64,000 bases of DNA from Eledone cirrhosa (lineage: Eukaryota), in contig OZ024742.1 in assembly GCA_964016885.1 (NCBI GenBank), positions 262,012,001 to 262,076,000 on the forward strand, read 5' to 3'. This document shows positions 60,201 through 64,000 of the stretch, piece after piece. Below the pieces are notes generated by a model. It was not told the origin of the DNA. It made no database searches and worked only from the letters and a program-made list of their open reading frames with translations. The position numbers were made by a program, and so were the translations under genes. Positions within the stretch are counted from its first letter, which is position 1. The number at the start of each line of letters is the position of its first letter.

Positions 60201-63111
60201 CTTAGTATGTTGAAATAAGTGTCTGCTGAAGATGAATAATAATCTTGAAATACACTGCTTGTTACAATACCAGTTACTGAAGTAGCTATGATATGATCAC
60301 AGCTTAAAAGTGATACTATTATTGTTCATAAACATATTGTTAACATGTCAATCATCATCATCATCATCATCACCGTTTTACGTCCGTTCTTCCACGCTAG
60401 CATGGGTTAGACGGGTTGTCCTGTTGTGGGCAGTGTCTGGTCGGCTGACCATGCCTTGCTCATACAGGAACTGATCTGGCTTGATTTCTACAGCTGGATG
60501 CCCTTCCTAACACCAACCTCATTTACAGTGAGTGCTGGGTGCTTTTTCGTGGCGCCTACACGTCCACTTTACAGTGTGGGCTGGGTGCTTTTTTGCCGTG
60601 GCACCTCCACGACCACCTTGCGGGGGGGGGGGGGGGGGGGGGGGGGGCATATTGTTTATATGCTTCAGCATGTACCCATGGGAGGTCGGGTACCCTGTAT
60701 TACTGCGTGACGCCAGAAGTCACACCTTTATTACTGTGTGTAATTGTACACTGACCTGTTGCTACTTAACTCATATTTTAGGTTCTCTATGTCTAACTTT
60801 GGATTTTCTTTCTTTAAGTACCCTTATGAATTGCAACTGAAAGTTTTTCTTCGGGAAGTGGAACAACAATTTAACTCACTCAATATTCGCAGGTATTATT
60901 TTTTTTATATTACTATCTCTCTTTTCTACATCACAGCTAATTATTAACTCTTAACATCCTGTACCACACGAAGCCATCTCTCCAAATTCTTGATTATTTT
61001 CAAAATTATTTGTAAATCATAGTTAATGCTTTTGTTAGAAATATGGTAACAAAATAGTTAAATTGATTTTGTTCATTATTTTCTAAATGTTGAGATTTGT
61101 AATTTTCTATTTACAGTTTCCTCAAGTTGTACACTACTTTGCCTATTCTGAAGTTATCATCCATGATTAAAATTGTAAGTTAACTGTTTCACTGTAAGCT
61201 GCTATTATCATCATCATTTTACGTTCACATTCCATGCTGACATGAGTTGTTATAATCTGAGACTAGATGAGCCAGAGAACCACATCTTGCTTGTACATGA
61301 TTTGGCATGATTTCTATGGCTAAATGCTCTTCCTAATGCCAACAGTTTTAAAGAGTGTACTGAGTGCATTTTATCATGGCACTAACAGAACCACTTACCA
61401 GATGGTAATGAATGCGACACCAGCACTGCCATTTTAGAGTATAATGGGTGCATTTTATCATGGCACCAATACTAACACTTTACATGATGTACTGGGAGCA
61501 TTTTATCATAGTACCAGCTCTTCCACTTTACATAGTGGAGTGGAACCAGTAATTGATGACAGAAACAAGTAAAATATGATTTCTTATCTTGGTGGAGATG
61601 GAGGGGAGTCTGTTGAATTAAGATCTGCCTATGGGTAACAAGATGGCCGCCAATTGGCGGCCATCTTGTTACCCAGCTTATATCATTGTCCAAAAGTTAC
61701 CAAGTTACTGTATTTTGTGAATATGCATAGGGTGTTCAGCTCATGATTGTGTGTCCGATTCCTAGCAGTGTATGTCCTTGAGCAATACACTATACTTCAC
61801 GTTGCTTCAGTCTACTCAGCTGGAAAGAGTGAACTATACCTGTAATTCAAAAGGGCCAGCCATATAACAACCCTTGTCATGTTAAATCTCCCTGAGAACA
61901 CTCATCATCAAAACTGATAGAGCTCTATCCCAACAATTTCATCTGCTGCCTCTATTATAATGTTTTAGACTGATCTGGTCTACTTTACACTTTTGCTACC
62001 TGAATTGTATCATAGAACAAGGGCTACCCCTGACAATGCTGTTTATTATTAAGTATTTATATTTATCTAAAAACCATGCATCATCATTTTGTATAAGAAT
62101 CTTTGTTTCAAATACCAGCTAAATAGTGAGAATGTTAGTTATATTATTAACTTTCCCTCCAAATTCTTGATTATTTGCAAAGGGATTTGAAAATCATAGG
62201 TAATTAGAAATATGGTAATGTTAAACTTTAAAAGAAATTGGAGCCAGTTGTCAGAGACTCTTTCCATTGATCCTTTCATTGTTCATACTATTAGTCACAA
62301 CTCCTGGCAAAAGGAGTCAGGATTTGAATTTAGAATGTACAGAGCCAGATCAGTTACCACAAAAGCATCCTGTCCAACTCGAGCAATTTTTGCCAATCCA
62401 CTCTCACTGGACTGAAGAGTGAAAAACGATGTTGACTGCAGCAGCATTTGAACTTGGAGCACAAAGAGCTAGAACAAATAACAAGACATTTAATCTGACT
62501 GTTCTAATGGCTTTGCCAATAATAGTAATTGCATTGTTTAACAAAAGGGTTAAAGTGATTTTTTTTTTTTCTCTTTTAGTCTGAACACGAACTTCACACT
62601 CAACTTATGTGTTTCAAGGTAAGATTCATTAGAGATTTTATTTGAATAATACAAGAATTTGTCCTGTTAAAGGGGTTAGACTAAATTGTTTGTCTTACTT
62701 TACTCTTGTTTTCCCCTCATTCATTTCTAACTTGCATTGTATGGGCTTTAATTTTTTTTTCTACTTACTAAAGGAAAAGAAGAAACTGTTTATACTTTCT
62801 ACTTTTCATAGCAAGCCTTCTAATTCCAAAACTATAGTTATACTTAAATTAAATATATCTTAAATCTCTTCAAATTATTTGTTTTGATCAAAATTCAAAT
62901 GTGTCATCATCATTATTGTTTAATATCTATCTTCCACTCTAGCATGGGTTTAGACGGGAATTGTCCTACTTGAGGCAAGATTGTTGTTAATAATTTATTG
63001 TTATTTCTGTATTTGTAGCACAAGATGAAAAATTTGGTTTGGACAAAAGGCACCAGTGGTCTTGATGGAGAATTCCAGTCCAGTTCAGAACTAGATTACT
63101 ACATTAATCGG
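42226..63111 (+). CDS. EIF3L: Eukaryotic translation initiation factor 3 subunit L (3'-partial; 17 exons, 499 codons in window)
   Basis: Exons: 42226-42246 (tentative first exon MASKDTE, GTTGGT donor), 43175-43214, 43936-44092, 46844-46920, 47488-47549, 48494-48563, 49674-49747, 50956-51036, 51499-51589, 52737-52891, 55403-55573, 56843-56976, 58721-58820, 60819-60892, 61117-61174, 62580-62618, 63019-63111. Hallmark motifs: [104 protein letters not shown]. Confidence 0.96.
44290..45960. mobile_element. RTE-like LINE with inverted 5' segment
   Basis: 44290-45110 encodes RT N-terminal motifs on the minus strand ([16 protein letters not shown]). 45115-45960 continues on the plus strand ([20 protein letters not shown]..aagaagaac tail). 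Confidence 0.7.
45986..46173 (+). mobile_element. Young SINE with 18-bp target-site duplication
   Basis: attattattaagttggtg occurs at 45968-45985 and 46174-46191; the B-box-like gagttcaaatccc is intact. Confidence 0.88.
51126..51398. mobile_element. Tigger/pogo-like MITE
   Basis: Imperfect TIR ccgttcctcacctaacaacc (51131-51150) / ggttgttaagtgaagaatgg (51374-51393). Confidence 0.6.
53380..54950 (-). mobile_element. CR1-type non-LTR retrotransposon, 5'-truncated and frameshifted
   Basis: [53 protein letters not shown] and [12 protein letters not shown]; (ATT)n tail (aataataat at ~53378-53393 on +). Confidence 0.9.
59040..60003 (+). mobile_element. Degenerate RTE-type LINE middle fragment (endonuclease end plus linker)
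   Basis: [35 protein letters not shown] and [15 protein letters not shown]. Confidence 0.8.
60007..60170. mobile_element. Back-to-back hammerhead fragments, same family as 24011-24200
   Basis: Minus strand tcttgt-cttatga..gtgagtaca..gaaac (60043-60007) and plus strand gaaactccagagtaacaa (60070-60087), with shared tail taataaagaatatttaaa..tactcattttcaca. Confidence 0.5.
60351..60723 (-). mobile_element. RTE-type LINE 3' UTR fragment with expanded G-run
   Basis: Near-identical to 317-690; (CAT)n tail; long poly-G at ~60622-60647. Confidence 0.85.
61632..61675. repeat. Perfect 44-bp palindrome
   Basis: tgggtaacaagatggccgccaattggcggccatcttgttaccca equals its own reverse complement. Confidence 0.95.
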
Positions 63112-64000
63112 GTATAACAGAATTCTCTTGCTATTCATGAGTCCCCTATCAGTCATGACTGACTATAGGTTAGCACCTAGAAAGTTCCTCCCCAAGGCAC
63201 AAGTCAGGACAAGGGGTTTTTGTGGAAGACCAGCAGTCACCCATGCGTGCCAATCTTCCCTCTTTATACCACTAGCTTTGACCAAGGCAATGGCAAAAGC
63301 CAATACAGCTTAGCACCAGTGTCATTGTGACTCACATTACATATTCTTTATCTGATGTTCAAAGGAAAGAAAAAACTCACATTTTTAAATGTGAAGGTAC
63401 ATGGCCTAGGGGTTAGGGTGTTGGACTCACAATCATAATGCTGTGACTTCAATTCCTGGACCAGACAATGCTTTTTGTTCTCGGGCAAGATGCTTCATTT
63501 CATGTTACTATTAATGATAGTACTGAGGGTCCCTCTCATTAAAGAACTCGAGAAACCTTTTATTAGATGCAATCTCATAGGAGGCTAGCTAAACCTACAT
63601 TGGTGTGAGCTGTAACAACAGCATGATAGGGACTGAGACCTTATCATTAAAACATTCAAGAAACCTCCTATGAAATACTTCTTCATAAGAGGCTATCTAA
63701 ACCTACATGTAAATAACAATAATAATAAATGAAACTTCATTTTACTTTATGGCAATGATTCCAAAACTTTTCTTATTTACAGTTCACTTTAAAAGTAAAA
63801 ATGTTTCATTACAATTTATAGTTAAATTCGAAAATTTATTCAAAAGTGAAATTTCTGCATACTAACAGAGCATAAAGTTGAAATATAAATGACTAAATAC
63901 AGAAAAATTATCTGTACTTCCTTCTTTAGTCAATAGCAAAATTATCAATGAAAAGTATGCATTTGGTCTTTTTGGCAATGTTTTTGTTCTTTGAATAGTT

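Noticed and set aside
60622-60647. Long poly-G as a functional G-quadruplex
   Set aside because: It is an expanded homopolymer in a LINE 3' UTR, and its length is unreliable in assemblies.
42247-63018. Intronic snoRNAs in eIF3L (and NOL11)
   Set aside because: The ATGATGA hits I examined are mostly LINE (GAT)n tails or lack a D box with terminal stem. H/ACA RNAs cannot be excluded by eye.

Overview
AT-rich, intron-rich animal genomic DNA; the SINE/LINE repertoire suggests an octopus-like coleoid cephalopod (inference from recalled repeat families, not proven). Three spliced housekeeping genes can be rebuilt by hand, none captured as a whole by the ORF track. (1) The 3' 13 exons of NOL11 (+, 2953-27886), including a U12-type minor-spliceosome intron. 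(2) A complete three-exon, 83-aa ANAPC16 gene (-, 41486-32073). (3) eIF3L (+, 42226-63111, last exon beyond the window), head-to-head with ANAPC16. Introns and intergenic DNA are packed with RTE-type LINEs whose ORF carries a PHD-like C4HC3 finger just after the RT core, a CR1-type LINE, several tRNA-derived SINE families, a Chapaev3-type DNA transposon with both ends, piggyBac/hAT relics, MITEs and a Helitron-like element. The most striking signal is a non-coding repeat in ANAPC16 intron 1 with an apparently intact type I hammerhead ribozyme (38761-38856). It is arranged as a ~511-bp monomer with terminal direct repeats plus a ~410-bp inverted arm, and several degenerate hammerhead-bearing relatives occur elsewhere in the window (Penelope-like/retrozyme-like). 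All family assignments come from recognising motifs by eye; no database search was run, and repeat boundaries are approximate.
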